This document shows positions 16,229 to 25,441 of a DNA stretch of 37,341 nt, one piece after another. The notes beneath the pieces are model-generated. The model did not search any database. It was not told where the DNA came from and saw only the letters and a program-made list of their open reading frames with translations. The position numbers and the translations under genes are program-made. Each line of letters begins with the position of its first letter. Positions within the stretch are counted from its first letter, which is position 1. Source of the stretch: Planctomycetota bacterium (GTDB taxonomy: Bacteria > Planctomycetota > UBA1135 > UBA2386); contig JAYYEE010000227.1 of the NCBI GenBank assembly GCA_036160175.1, positions 1 through 37,341 on the forward strand, written 5' to 3'.

Positions 16229-17176
16229 CTAACGCGACCACTCAGATAAGTCGCGGCCGAGGAACTCGGCGAGCTCCTGGTTGGGGCGCTCAAAGAAGGC
16301 CAGGTACTTCGCGCGCACCTCGTCCGTCATCGGCTTGGGAGAGAACGCCGCGGCGGTCGCGCGGCTCGCGCTCGTCTTCGCGAGCAGCCGATACGCCCTG
16401 TCACGCCAGGACTCAGGCATGCGCTGCGCGAGCGGACCGAGCAGCGGGATGCGCGTGAAGCGCCCGGTGATCGCTCCGCGAATCCGCGCGCTGGTGATGC
16501 GCTGGCTGACGTTGGCGTTGCGGTCATCCATGGTGCGGAGCCGGGCGCTGTCAGGGTCAATGTCGAGGAACCGGCAGATGCCCTGCAGCGTCTTGAGCGG
16601 CGCGCGCTTGAAGTCCGTCGTCAGGACGACGTGGATCGCAGAGCGCGGGTAGTGCTCTAGGTATCGCTCGATCTGCCGCATGTACAAGCTCGAGTCGATG
16701 CACATGGGGTCGCGCTGCACGTGCTCTTCGAAGGTCGCTTGGACTGGTTCACCAGGGTGCAGTTCGCGCATGTAGCGGTGCACGTAGTGCGAATAGGCGC
16801 GCTCCACGGGGTGTCGGACGAGGTAGACGAGCCGCGCGTTCGGTGCGTGCGTCGCCATCCGCGCGGCGGTCGAAGGCAGCTGCGGCCAGCGCGTGTAGTT
16901 GGTGGAGGCGTCGACGCAGAGCTCGTCGGGCCGGGCGTCCTCATACAAGCGCGTGTACCAGCTGAGGCCCTTTTGGTAGTTCTCGTCAAACGAGAAGAAC
17001 GACGGCTCCTTCTGTTGTCCGAGCTCGTCCTCCAGGTGCCGGTCGAAGATCTTCGGGTGCGTGCACAGCTGCAGGAACAGGTTGGTCGTCGCGGACTTGG
17101 CCGCGCCGATGATCATCACCTCGGGGACCCGGCCGGGTCTGCTGCCCTGTGGGGCGCGGTGTTCCGCAGGAGTCAT
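16229..17176 (-). CDS. Sulfotransferase-family protein (PAPS-dependent type)
   Basis: 5'-PSB-like loop VMIIGAAKSATTNL and 3'-PB-like motif YLVRHPVERAYSHY. An internal ATG at 17116 is an alternative start. Confidence 0.75.
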   Translation of the reverse strand: MTPAEHRAPQGSRPGRVPEVMIIGAAKSATTNLFLQLCTHPKIFDRHLEDELGQQKEPSFFSFDENYQKGLSWYTRLYEDARPDELCVDASTNYTRWPQLPSTAARMATHAPNARLVYLVRHPVERAYSHYVHRYMRELHPGEPVQATFEEHVQRDPMCIDSSLYMRQIERYLEHYPRSAIHVVLTTDFKRAPLKTLQGICRFLDIDPDSARLRTMDDRNANVSQRITSARIRGAITGRFTRIPLLGPLAQRMPESWRDRAYRLLAKTSASRATAAAFSPKPMTDEVRAKYLAFFERPNQELAEFLGRDLSEWSR

Positions 17177-17374
17177 GGGTTCCTAGTTGCCGGGCGCGAG
17201 CGGTGGATCGACGCTGTCCGTGCGTATCCTATCGAGATCTCTGGTCATCGGGGGGCGCGAGGCGGCTGGTTGCGGTGCGCCGCCAAGGTGCGGCGATCGC
17301 GGCGCAGCCTGCCTTCGCGGCGCCGTCTGCAAGCGCCGGCACAGCGCTCGTGGTGGTCCGCGGTCTCGCCAGGT

Positions 17375-19474
17375 TCAGGGCCGGAGCTCAACGGACACGG
17401 GTGCTCCTGCGTGCAGGTCCGCGCCTTGGAAGGCCATCGGGGCGAGGTGCAGGTTGGTGCCCGCGAGGCCCGCTGGCAGCGGCGCTATGGGGAGGAGCTG
17501 CATGGAAGCGCTCGCGGCGCCGTCGGCGTCGAGGACGCCGATAAAGCCGGGGAGCAGCGGGTTGGGGCCGAGCGCCGCCGTGGTGAGCCCGTCGGGCCGT
17601 AACCACAACAGGTCGCCACCGGGCAAGGGCAGAGCGGGCCCCTGACCTGACAGGCTCATGGCGACGAAGTAGACCGACGACGCCCAGGTCGGCGCGCTGC
17701 GCAACTCGACGTCCACCGTCGCGGGCGCGGAGACGGAGAGCGCAGTGGCTGCGGTCGTGAGGTCCAACTCGACGGAGTTTCGCAGCGGGAGGTCTACGAA
17801 CGACAGCGCGCCAGGGCTGTGCTCGACGTCGACGTCGTAGCCGCTCAGGTAGGGCATCGTGTGGAAGTACTCACCCTGCGGCGTGTTCACGATGTAGTGG
17901 TTGCGGACGCGGAGCTGCAGCCGGGTGCCTGCGGGGACGACGACGTCGAGCAGGTCGAGGCCGATGGACAGGGTCGTCGGCGAGGGGCCGCCGGCTTGGC
18001 GTTCGCCCGCCGCGCCGCGCCCCACGGTGACTGCGCCGCCGCTCGGCGGGATCAGGTCCAGCCGCGCCGCGACGAAGAAGCGCTGGCTCATCGGCGTCAA
18101 GGCGAGCTCGAGGGTCGGGAGGCCCGCGATCTCGAAGGTCTCGGCGAACGGCGCGCTCGTGTAGACGTGTTCGGAAAGGGGCGTCACGTTGAGCGTGGGC
18201 GCGACCGCGGTCCCGCCGCCGCTCTGGCCCCACTGGAGCGCGGTGTATCCGGGCGGGACCTGGTGGGTGATTCGCTGCGGTGCCTCGCTGGTCGTGGGGG
18301 CCTGCGTCGACAAGGCGCCGCCCGCCCGGAGGAACAGCCGGCGAGTGCTCGAGACCTGCGGGGGCAAGGAGTCGTCGGCCCGGTGTCGCCACAGCGACGT
18401 CGGGTCGGTGTAGGTCGCTGCGTCTGCGGGGAGCGCCGCCGACCGCACCAGCGGCCCATCCTCGATCGGCTCCGGATCGGCCTTGAGGAAGCGCGCGAAC
18501 CAGCGCTCGCGCATCCTCAGCTGCTGGTCGAACTCGTAGTCGTTGGGCGGCGTGTCGTGCTGTCCGGTCGTCACATAGAGGCGCTTTGGGGTCGACGCAG
18601 GCATCGACTGCAGCGCCGCGAGCGACGGGTCCGCGCCGACGCCGTTATCGCGCCACGACATCGTGACCAGGGTCGGCACCGCGCTCTGCTGGAGCTCCGC
18701 GGAGAAGTCGCGGCCAGGGTCGGTCTTCAGCCAGAGGTAGTTGCCTTCGGGGTCGTCGTTGGCGAGGAACGTGCGCCAGGTCAGCTTCACTGCCGGGTCG
18801 ACGGCCAGCATGGGGCCCGTCGGCGCGTACGCGTAGCGCGCCCAGACCGCCTTGAAGCCGGCGCCCTTGAGCGTCGCCGCGTCCGGGTGGCTCGGCGGCA
18901 TCGCCGTCGCCGCGACCGCGTTCACGGTTGGGAACGCCGTCGAACGGCGCGGGTTCGGCGGCGGCTGGCGACCGGACCACGCGGCCGCCGCCCACGCGTG
19001 CGCTCCGCCCTGGCTGACGCCGAAGACCCCGACGCGTTGGTTGTCGACGAGGTTCGGGTAGGTGGATCGCGCCCACTCGATGACCTCGAACATGTCGATC
19101 CACTCCTGGAGCGACATGATGCCCGACCCCTTGCCGGGGTTCAGCGCGATGCCGGAGCCTTGGCCGCGTACGTCATAGGCGACGACGAGGTAGCCGCGCT
19201 GCGCGAAGTCTGTGGCCCGCGCCGCTGCAGCCTGCTTGGTCGACGGGAGGCCGTGGACGGCGATCAGCAGCGGCCAACCGCAGGGTCCGGGTGCTGTGGT
19301 CGGGCGGTAGACGTCGGCCCGCGTGCGGTAGCCGTCCGTGTAGGTGAGCAGCTGGTTGGTCGCGGTCGTGATCGCGAAGCCGCTGGCAGGAGCCATCGGG
19401 TCCGAGCACTGCGCGGCCAGCTTGACGCACGCGAGCGTGATCGTCAGAGCGAGAGGCCGAACAGCGGTCAACAT
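17375..19474 (-). CDS. Secreted alpha/beta hydrolase, CocE/NonD (peptidase S15)-like, with extra C-terminal beta-rich domains
   Basis: N-terminal signal peptide. ADVYRP..PLLIAVHGL, VVAYDVRGQGSG and the nucleophile elbow GVFGVSQGG. The family call rests on these motifs only. Confidence 0.65.
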   Translation of the reverse strand: MLTAVRPLALTITLACVKLAAQCSDPMAPASGFAITTATNQLLTYTDGYRTRADVYRPTTAPGPCGWPLLIAVHGLPSTKQAAAARATDFAQRGYLVVAYDVRGQGSGIALNPGKGSGIMSLQEWIDMFEVIEWARSTYPNLVDNQRVGVFGVSQGGAHAWAAAAWSGRQPPPNPRRSTAFPTVNAVAATAMPPSHPDAATLKGAGFKAVWARYAYAPTGPMLAVDPAVKLTWRTFLANDDPEGNYLWLKTDPGRDFSAELQQSAVPTLVTMSWRDNGVGADPSLAALQSMPASTPKRLYVTTGQHDTPPNDYEFDQQLRMRERWFARFLKADPEPIEDGPLVRSAALPADAATYTDPTSLWRHRADDSLPPQVSSTRRLFLRAGGALSTQAPTTSEAPQRITHQVPPGYTALQWGQSGGGTAVAPTLNVTPLSEHVYTSAPFAETFEIAGLPTLELALTPMSQRFFVAARLDLIPPSGGAVTVGRGAAGERQAGGPSPTTLSIGLDLLDVVVPAGTRLQLRVRNHYIVNTPQGEYFHTMPYLSGYDVDVEHSPGALSFVDLPLRNSVELDLTTAATALSVSAPATVDVELRSAPTWASSVYFVAMSLSGQGPALPLPGGDLLWLRPDGLTTAALGPNPLLPGFIGVLDADGAASASMQLLPIAPLPAGLAGTNLHLAPMAFQGADLHAGAPVSVELRP

Positions 19475-19554
19475 GGTGGAGCAGGTGCTTCGCGCCGATT
19501 CGCCGAAGCTTCGAACAGGTCAGTATATACGGCGAGGCGGGGCGTGCGTGGCGC

Positions 19555-20592
19555 TCAGGGCTGGGTCCCGAGCTCGACCTTGTGGGCCGCGCCGATGACC
19601 TCGCGCACGTACCGAGGGACCCCGAAGCCCGGCAGGCGACGTCGGAGCTCGGCGATCAGCTCTAGGCCGCGCGCGACCGGGACCTCCCAGTGCTGGGCTC
19701 CCGTGACCGGGTCTAGCTGGTGGAGGTAGTAGGGCATCACGCGCGCGTCTAGCAAACGCTTGGACAGCTCGGTGAGCGTGTCGGCGTCGTCGTTGACGCC
19801 GCGGAGCAGCACGGTCTGGTTGAGTACGGGCACGCCGCTCTTCACCAGTCGCAGCAGGGCCGCGCTGCAGTCTTCGTCGAGCTCGTTGGGGTGGTTGCTG
19901 TGGACAACGACCGTCGGCGCTAGGCGCGTCGCGCGCAGCCAGCCGAGCAGCGCGTCGTCGACGCGGTCCGGGATCACGATGGGCAGGCGCGTATGGATGC
20001 GCAGCCGCCGCAGGTGGGGGATGTCCTCGAGTTGCGCGACCAGCTCGGCGAGCCACGGGTCGGGCCGCATCAGCGGATCCCCACCCGAGAGCAGCACCTC
20101 CTCTACCCCGGGGCTGCGCCGGAGCTCCTCGAGCGCGGGTCGCCACTGCGCCAGCCCGTTCGGGCTTTCGTCGTACGGGAACTCGCGTCGAAAGCAGTAG
20201 CGGCAAGCGACCGCGCAGACGCCGGCGACGATCAGCAAGGCCCGGCCGTCGTACTTCTGCAGCAACCCTGGCGCTCTCGAGGCGGCGAGGTCGCCGCACG
20301 GGTCGGCGCCGTAGCCCGCGGCGGGCGGGGACAGCTCGTCTTGCGTCGGCAGCACCTGCGCGAGCAGCGGGTCAGACGGGTCGCCTGGGCGCATCCGGCC
20401 GACGAGCGCCTCGGGCACCACCAGCGCGAAGCGATCGGCCGCGCGCCGTGCGGCCTCGCGTAAGGCCTGCGGCAGCTTCAGCCGGGCGATCAGCTCGTCA
20501 GGATCGCGAATCGCCCGCCGCAGCTGTTCGCGCCAATCGCAGCGCGCCGCGCCGGTCTGCTCGCTCGGTTCACTTGGGATTTGGCGTTCCAA
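19555..20592 (-). CDS. epmB: EF-P beta-lysylation protein EpmB (lysine 2,3-aminomutase-like radical SAM enzyme)
   Basis: Radical-SAM motif CAVACRYCFRR. Conserved PDEL...L, DPLL.QVLP and LLSGGDPL. TTG start at 20592. Confidence 0.85.
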   Translation of the reverse strand: MERQIPSEPSEQTGAARCDWREQLRRAIRDPDELIARLKLPQALREAARRAADRFALVVPEALVGRMRPGDPSDPLLAQVLPTQDELSPPAAGYGADPCGDLAASRAPGLLQKYDGRALLIVAGVCAVACRYCFRREFPYDESPNGLAQWRPALEELRRSPGVEEVLLSGGDPLMRPDPWLAELVAQLEDIPHLRRLRIHTRLPIVIPDRVDDALLGWLRATRLAPTVVVHSNHPNELDEDCSAALLRLVKSGVPVLNQTVLLRGVNDDADTLTELSKRLLDARVMPYYLHQLDPVTGAQHWEVPVARGLELIAELRRRLPGFGVPRYVREVIGAAHKVELGTQP

Positions 20593-20632
20593 TGGCGGAG
20601 TCGGGCTCGTTTCGATATTCGTATTCGCCGCT

Positions 20633-21205
20633 ATGGCTTCCTACGGCACGAGTGATTTTAAGAAGGGACTGAAGGTCCAGATCGAGAACGAACCCTACCT
20701 GATGGTCGACCTCGAGTTCATGAAGCCGGGGAAAGGCCAAGCGGTCTACCGCGTGCGGCTCAAGAGCCTGACCACTGGTCGCGTCGTGGACAAGAACTAT
20801 CGCAGCGGCGACTCGCTAGAGGCCGCGGACGTCGAAGAGAGGTCGATGCAGTTCCTCTACAAGGACGCGACCGACTTCCACTTCATGGACGGCGAGAGCT
20901 TCGAGCAGTTTCAGGTGGGCGCCGACGCGGTCGGCGACGCGGCGAAGTGGCTCAAGGATGAGATGGAGTGCGACGTCGTCATGTGGAACGGCGCGCCGAT
21001 CACGGTGACGCCGCCGGCGCACGTCGAGATGAAGGTGACCTACACCGAGCCTGGCGCGAAGGGGAACTCGACCGGCAACGTGCAGAAGCCGGCGACCGTC
21101 GAGACCGGCGCGGAGCTGATGGTGCCGATCTTCATCAACAACGACGACGTCGTCCGCGTCGACACGCGCACGGGCGAATACGTCGAGCGCGTCTCCAAAG
21201 GCTGA
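20633..21205 (+). CDS. efp: Elongation factor P
   Basis: MASYGTSDFKKGLKVQIENEPYLMVDLEFMKPGKGQA.. places the modification lysine (K34) in PGKGQA. 190 aa. Confidence 0.95.
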   Translation: MASYGTSDFKKGLKVQIENEPYLMVDLEFMKPGKGQAVYRVRLKSLTTGRVVDKNYRSGDSLEAADVEERSMQFLYKDATDFHFMDGESFEQFQVGADAVGDAAKWLKDEMECDVVMWNGAPITVTPPAHVEMKVTYTEPGAKGNSTGNVQKPATVETGAELMVPIFINNDDVVRVDTRTGEYVERVSKG

Positions 21206-21219
21206 GCCAGGGAGCTCGC

Positions 21220-22164
21220 TTGGCCGCCGATCAGATCGCGGAGTTGCGGCGCCGCGCCGGGCTGGTGGCGCAGGCGCGCCGGTTCTTCGACGAGCGCGGC
21301 GTGCTTGAGGTCACCACGCCGCTGCTCGGCGACGGCGTGGTGGTCGAGGAGCACATCGACCCGATCCCCTGCTTCGTGCGGTTGGGGCCGGGAGCGCCGG
21401 TGGAGCGCCGGCTATTGACCTCGCCGGAAGGGCCGATGAAGCGGCTGCTCGCCGCGGGCGCTGGCCCGATCTACCAATTTGCGCACGCGTTCCGGGACGG
21501 CGAGGTCGGTCGTCGGCACGCGGTCGAGTTCACGATGCTCGAGTGGTACCGCCCCGGCATCGACCACTACGCGCTGATGGACGAGGTGGAGGCGCTGGTT
21601 CAGGAGCTGTTGCCGAGCGCGGCGGGCGGGCCCTTCGACCGGGTCACCTACCGCGAGCTGTTTGTAGAGTTCGCGGCGGTCGACCCGTTCGCGGTCACGC
21701 GGGCAGAAGCGCTGAACGCGTGCGGCGCGCTCGGCGTCGACGTGCCGGACAGCTACGACGGCGGGACGCTCGACGAGGCGCTCGACCTGCTCCTGGTCAG
21801 CTACATCGAGCCGCGGCTCGCGGGGCGCGGGCCGCTGTTCGTGCACGGCTACCCGCCGTCGCAGGCCGCGCTCGCGCAGGTGCGCGTCCCGGCTGGCGGG
21901 GGACCCGCGACGGCCGACCGCTTCGAGCTCTACGTTGGCGGCGTCGAGCTCGCGAACGGCTACCACGAGCTGGCAGACGCGGTCGAGCAGCGGCGGCGCT
22001 TCGAGGCGGCCAACCGCGCCAGGGAGGCCGCTGGGCGCCGCGCGCTGCCGCTCGACGAGCCGCTGCTCGCGTCGCTCGCTGCGGGATTTCCGCCGTGCGC
22101 GGGCGTCGCGCTCGGCTTCGACCGGTTGCTGATGCTGGCTGCGGGTCGGGATCACATCGCCTGA
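21220..22164 (+). CDS. epmA: EF-P--(R)-beta-lysine ligase EpmA (GenX/PoxA, LysRS class II paralog)
   Basis: aaRS class II motifs FRDGEVGRRHAVEFTMLEWY and GVALGFDRLLML. TTG 21220, just after the efp stop, is the assumed start. The 5' part of the long ORF overlaps efp out of frame. Confidence 0.85.
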   Translation: MAADQIAELRRRAGLVAQARRFFDERGVLEVTTPLLGDGVVVEEHIDPIPCFVRLGPGAPVERRLLTSPEGPMKRLLAAGAGPIYQFAHAFRDGEVGRRHAVEFTMLEWYRPGIDHYALMDEVEALVQELLPSAAGGPFDRVTYRELFVEFAAVDPFAVTRAEALNACGALGVDVPDSYDGGTLDEALDLLLVSYIEPRLAGRGPLFVHGYPPSQAALAQVRVPAGGGPATADRFELYVGGVELANGYHELADAVEQRRRFEAANRAREAAGRRALPLDEPLLASLAAGFPPCAGVALGFDRLLMLAAGRDHIA

Positions 22165-22273
22165 GACGCACGGGCGCATCAGCGTGCGTCTGCGCCCGGG
22201 GGCTTGTTCGCGGTTGGGGGGTGGGGTCTAGCGGTCGCGCGGAGTAAAACGGGGTCTCCAGCTGGTCCGCGCC

Positions 22274-24280
22274 ATGAAGCCTCACGCCGCACATACCTCG
22301 ACGCTGCTCGCCGCGCTGCTGCTGGCGATCGCGCCGCCGGTCGCCGCGCAGGAGGATGGCGCGCCGCTCAAAGAGAAGATCGACAAGGCGATCAAGGATT
22401 ACGAGGCCGTACGGACGGACAAGACGAAGCTCGCGCAGCGGCGTCGCCTCGTCGGCTGGCTCGGCGAGATCGACCACCCGCGGGTGACCAAGTACCTCCA
22501 GAAGGAGCTCCGCAGCTACGCGAGGTTCGGCAGCGGCGTCTACGTGATCGAAGCGATGGGTAAGGTCGAGCGGCCGGAGGTCCAGGCGGACCTGATGAAG
22601 GCGGTCAAGCGACCAGACGCATACGTCTCGGTGCGGACGGCGGCGACGCAAGCGCTGGTCGCATTCGGCGATGAGGCCACCGACGAGCTGTTCGAGCTCG
22701 CGGTCGAGACGAAGAACGAAAGCATCAAGCGCGGGGTCATCGTCAGCCTCTGCGGCTGTGACTCGGCTCGCGTCAGGCGCGAGCTGGCCAAGCTGATCAC
22801 GGACGGCGAGCACGCCCACCGCCGCTACATGCTGCTCCACACGGCGACCGTCTCGTCAGACGAGGCCGTCGACCGCGCGCGCGTGCAGTGCGTAAAGGAG
22901 GGCAACCTGCTGGTCGCGGCGACGGCGTGGCGCATCCTGGCTGAGCAGGGTAGCGCGCGCGCCCTCACCCTGACGCTCGACGTGATCGAGCGGGTCTACG
23001 ACCAGCCAGACGCTGCGTCGGCCGTAGAGCTTGTCCGCGGGCTCGCGGCGGTCGGCGACGCCGACTTCTTCCCGGCCTTGCTCCGCTACGGGGCTGTTCG
23101 CGGCCGCGCGGTCAAGCAGGCGCTCAAGACGGCCGCGAAGAGCGTCGCCAAGCAGCCGGAGCTGATTCAGTTCTTGATCGAAGAGGGGCTCGAATCCGAG
23201 CTCACTCCGGAGCGGACGGCGGCCAAGATTTTGCTCGGCGAGGCGCCCGCAGAGTCGCTGCAGCCGCTCGTCGAGAAGATGCGTAAGCAGCTCCGGCGCA
23301 ACCGCAAGAAGGTCCTCGATACGGCTGCTGGGCTGCACGAGCTGCTCGTCAAGGACGCGTCGTGGGTCCAAGACCTGGCCTCGTTGGCCGCCGCGCCAGA
23401 CCTGGAGAGCCGGATGCTCGGGCTCGCGCTGCTGCTCGAGATGAAGTCGCCCGCGGCGATCACGTCTGCGCAAAAGTGCCTGAGGCACCGCGCGTGGGAG
23501 CTGCGCTCGCTCGCGTTCCGCTACCTCGCCGTCAATCGGGACGTCACCTCGATCCCGCTGTTGATCAGCCGCTACGGCGCAGAAGAAGGCCGCTTGAAGC
23601 ACGAGCTAGAGACCGCGTTGTTCTTGCATACGGGCAAGCGATGTTGGACTCGGAGTAACTGGAACAAGTGGTGGCGGAAGAGCAAAGAGGGGTTCGCGCT
23701 TCCTCACCCTGACACCGTCAAGGGCGGCGGGACCACGACTGGTGGGCAGACGGTCAGCTACTACGACATGCCGCTCGTCAGCTCGCGGATCGCCTTCGTG
23801 GTGGATCACAGCGGCTCGATGGCGGCGAAGGTTGGCACAGACAAGAAGCGCACCCGCCTCGACGTCGCCAAGGCGCAGCTGACGAACGTGGTCGAGAGCT
23901 TGCCCAAGACGCACAAGGTCAACGTCATCTTCTTCGAGTCAGCGATCACGTCCGTCTGGAAGGAGGTGAGGGCGCTGAGCGCTGGCAACCGCCGCGAGCT
24001 GCTAGATGACATCCAGGCCGTCAAGCAGACTGGCGGCACGAACCTCTATGACGCCGTCGAGTTCGCGTTCCAAGACCCCGAAGTCGACACCGTCTACCTG
24101 CTCACGGACGGCCAGCCCGGCGCCGGCAAGTACATCGAAGCCGAGGACATCGTCGAGCAAGTGCGGCTGATGAACCGCACGCGCCAGATCGTGATCCACT
24201 GCATCTCGATCGGCCGTCGCTCGACGCTGCTCAGCGACATCGCGAAGCAGTCGGGCGGGACCTACAAAGAGGTCCGCTAG
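22274..24280 (+). CDS. Secreted HEAT-repeat protein with a C-terminal von Willebrand factor A (VWA) domain
   Basis: Signal peptide ..LLLAIAPPVAAQ. There are repeated HEAT/PBS-lyase-like helices. The VWA domain has the MIDAS motif DHSGSM, then GGTNLYDAV and VYLLTDGQP. Confidence 0.75.
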   Translation: MKPHAAHTSTLLAALLLAIAPPVAAQEDGAPLKEKIDKAIKDYEAVRTDKTKLAQRRRLVGWLGEIDHPRVTKYLQKELRSYARFGSGVYVIEAMGKVERPEVQADLMKAVKRPDAYVSVRTAATQALVAFGDEATDELFELAVETKNESIKRGVIVSLCGCDSARVRRELAKLITDGEHAHRRYMLLHTATVSSDEAVDRARVQCVKEGNLLVAATAWRILAEQGSARALTLTLDVIERVYDQPDAASAVELVRGLAAVGDADFFPALLRYGAVRGRAVKQALKTAAKSVAKQPELIQFLIEEGLESELTPERTAAKILLGEAPAESLQPLVEKMRKQLRRNRKKVLDTAAGLHELLVKDASWVQDLASLAAAPDLESRMLGLALLLEMKSPAAITSAQKCLRHRAWELRSLAFRYLAVNRDVTSIPLLISRYGAEEGRLKHELETALFLHTGKRCWTRSNWNKWWRKSKEGFALPHPDTVKGGGTTTGGQTVSYYDMPLVSSRIAFVVDHSGSMAAKVGTDKKRTRLDVAKAQLTNVVESLPKTHKVNVIFFESAITSVWKEVRALSAGNRRELLDDIQAVKQTGGTNLYDAVEFAFQDPEVDTVYLLTDGQPGAGKYIEAEDIVEQVRLMNRTRQIVIHCISIGRRSTLLSDIAKQSGGTYKEVR

Positions 24281-25398
24281 AGACCCTTCACGAAGTTCTT
24301 CAGCGCGCCGACGACGTCGATCTGCTCGGCCTCGGTCAGCCCCTGGAAGATCGGCAGCGCCAGCGAGCGCCGGCTCGCTTCGTCCGCGACGGGGAAGTCC
24401 GCAGCGTCGCAGTCGAGGTAGCGGAAGCACGGCTGCCGGTGGAACGGAACAGGGTAGTAGACCGCGCAGCCGACGCCTTGCGCGCGCAGGTGCTGGATCG
24501 CCGGGTCTCGTTGATCTTCCGGGACGTGCAAAACGAACTGGTGGTAGGCGTGGCGGTCGGTGTCGGTGGGCAGCTCCGCCCACTCCAAGAGGTCGGCTTC
24601 TTCGAACAAGCGTCGGTAGTTCGCGGCGTTTTGACGTCGCCGCTCGGTGACGTCCTCCATCGAGCGCAGCTTCACCCGTAGCGCCGCGGCCTGCAGCGCG
24701 TCCATCCGGAAGTTCCCGCCGATGGTGTGGTGCAGGTACTGTTGCGCCATGCCGTGGTTGCGCAGCAGCTTGCACTGCTCATAGAAGTCGGTGTCGTTGG
24801 TGGTGAGGAAGCCGCCGTCGCCGATCCCGCCGAAGTTCTTGGTCGGGAACGTCGACCAGCCAGCGCAGAGCCCGTGGCCGCCGAGCATCCGCCCGCCGTG
24901 CTTCGACCCGATCGCCTGCGCGGCGTCTTCGATGAGCGGCACCGAGTGCTCGCGGCAGATGCGGACCACGGCGTCGACGTCGAACGCCGCGCCGAAGAGG
25001 TGCACGCCGACGACGGCCTTGGGGCGCTTGCATCCCTTGAGCGCAGCCTCGAGGCGCGCCGGGTCGATGTTCTTGAAGACGGGCTCAGAGTCGACGAACA
25101 CCGGCTTCGCGCCGGTGCGCGCGACCGTGCCTGCCGTGGCGAAGAAGGAATACGTCGGCAGGACGACCTCGTCGCCGGGCCCGATCCCGAGGGCCATCAT
25201 CGGCGCGAGCAGCGAGTCGGTGCCTGACGACATCGTGAGGGCGTGCTTGCACCCGAGGTAGGCAGCGAGCTCTTGCTCGAGGTTCTCGACTTCGGGGCCG
25301 AGGATGTACTGGCCGCTGCGCACCACGCGCACGACGGCGGCCTCAATTTCAGCGAGCTGCGCTTGGTCGCGCGTGAGATCGATCAAAGGAACCGGCAT
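24277..25398 (-). CDS. DegT/DnrJ/EryC1/StrS-family PLP-dependent (sugar) aminotransferase
   Basis: YILGPEVENLEQELAAYLG, SSGTDSLL, IEDAAQAIGS and STFPTKNFGGIGDGG (Schiff-base Lys region). Confidence 0.9.
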   Translation of the reverse strand: MPVPLIDLTRDQAQLAEIEAAVVRVVRSGQYILGPEVENLEQELAAYLGCKHALTMSSGTDSLLAPMMALGIGPGDEVVLPTYSFFATAGTVARTGAKPVFVDSEPVFKNIDPARLEAALKGCKRPKAVVGVHLFGAAFDVDAVVRICREHSVPLIEDAAQAIGSKHGGRMLGGHGLCAGWSTFPTKNFGGIGDGGFLTTNDTDFYEQCKLLRNHGMAQQYLHHTIGGNFRMDALQAAALRVKLRSMEDVTERRRQNAANYRRLFEEADLLEWAELPTDTDRHAYHQFVLHVPEDQRDPAIQHLRAQGVGCAVYYPVPFHRQPCFRYLDCDAADFPVADEASRRSLALPIFQGLTEAEQIDVVGALKNFVKGL

Positions 25399-25441
25399 TG
25401 GCGTCCGAGAGGATAGACCTCGCCGCGCCTAGCGAAAGGGC

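Noticed and set aside
17819-19729. A 636-aa ORF on the plus strand. Similar long ORFs occur at 25583..27349 (+), 32185..33624 (-), 31018..32100 (-), 21797..22840 (-), 13353..14372 (+) and 1258..2169 (-).
   Set aside because: All are antisense or out-of-frame overlaps of genes with clear family signatures. Their translations are Arg/Ala/Gly/Pro-rich low-complexity sequence with no motifs. Such shadow ORFs are expected at this GC content because stop codons are rare.
20968-21219. The 5' extension of the epmA ORF. The same reasoning applies to the extensions of ORFs 355..633, 5977..6690, 7139..7312, 12362..12478 and 33471..33644.
   Set aside because: These extensions overlap well-supported upstream genes in another frame and translate to Arg-rich low-complexity sequence. 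Downstream starts adjacent to the preceding stop fit better.
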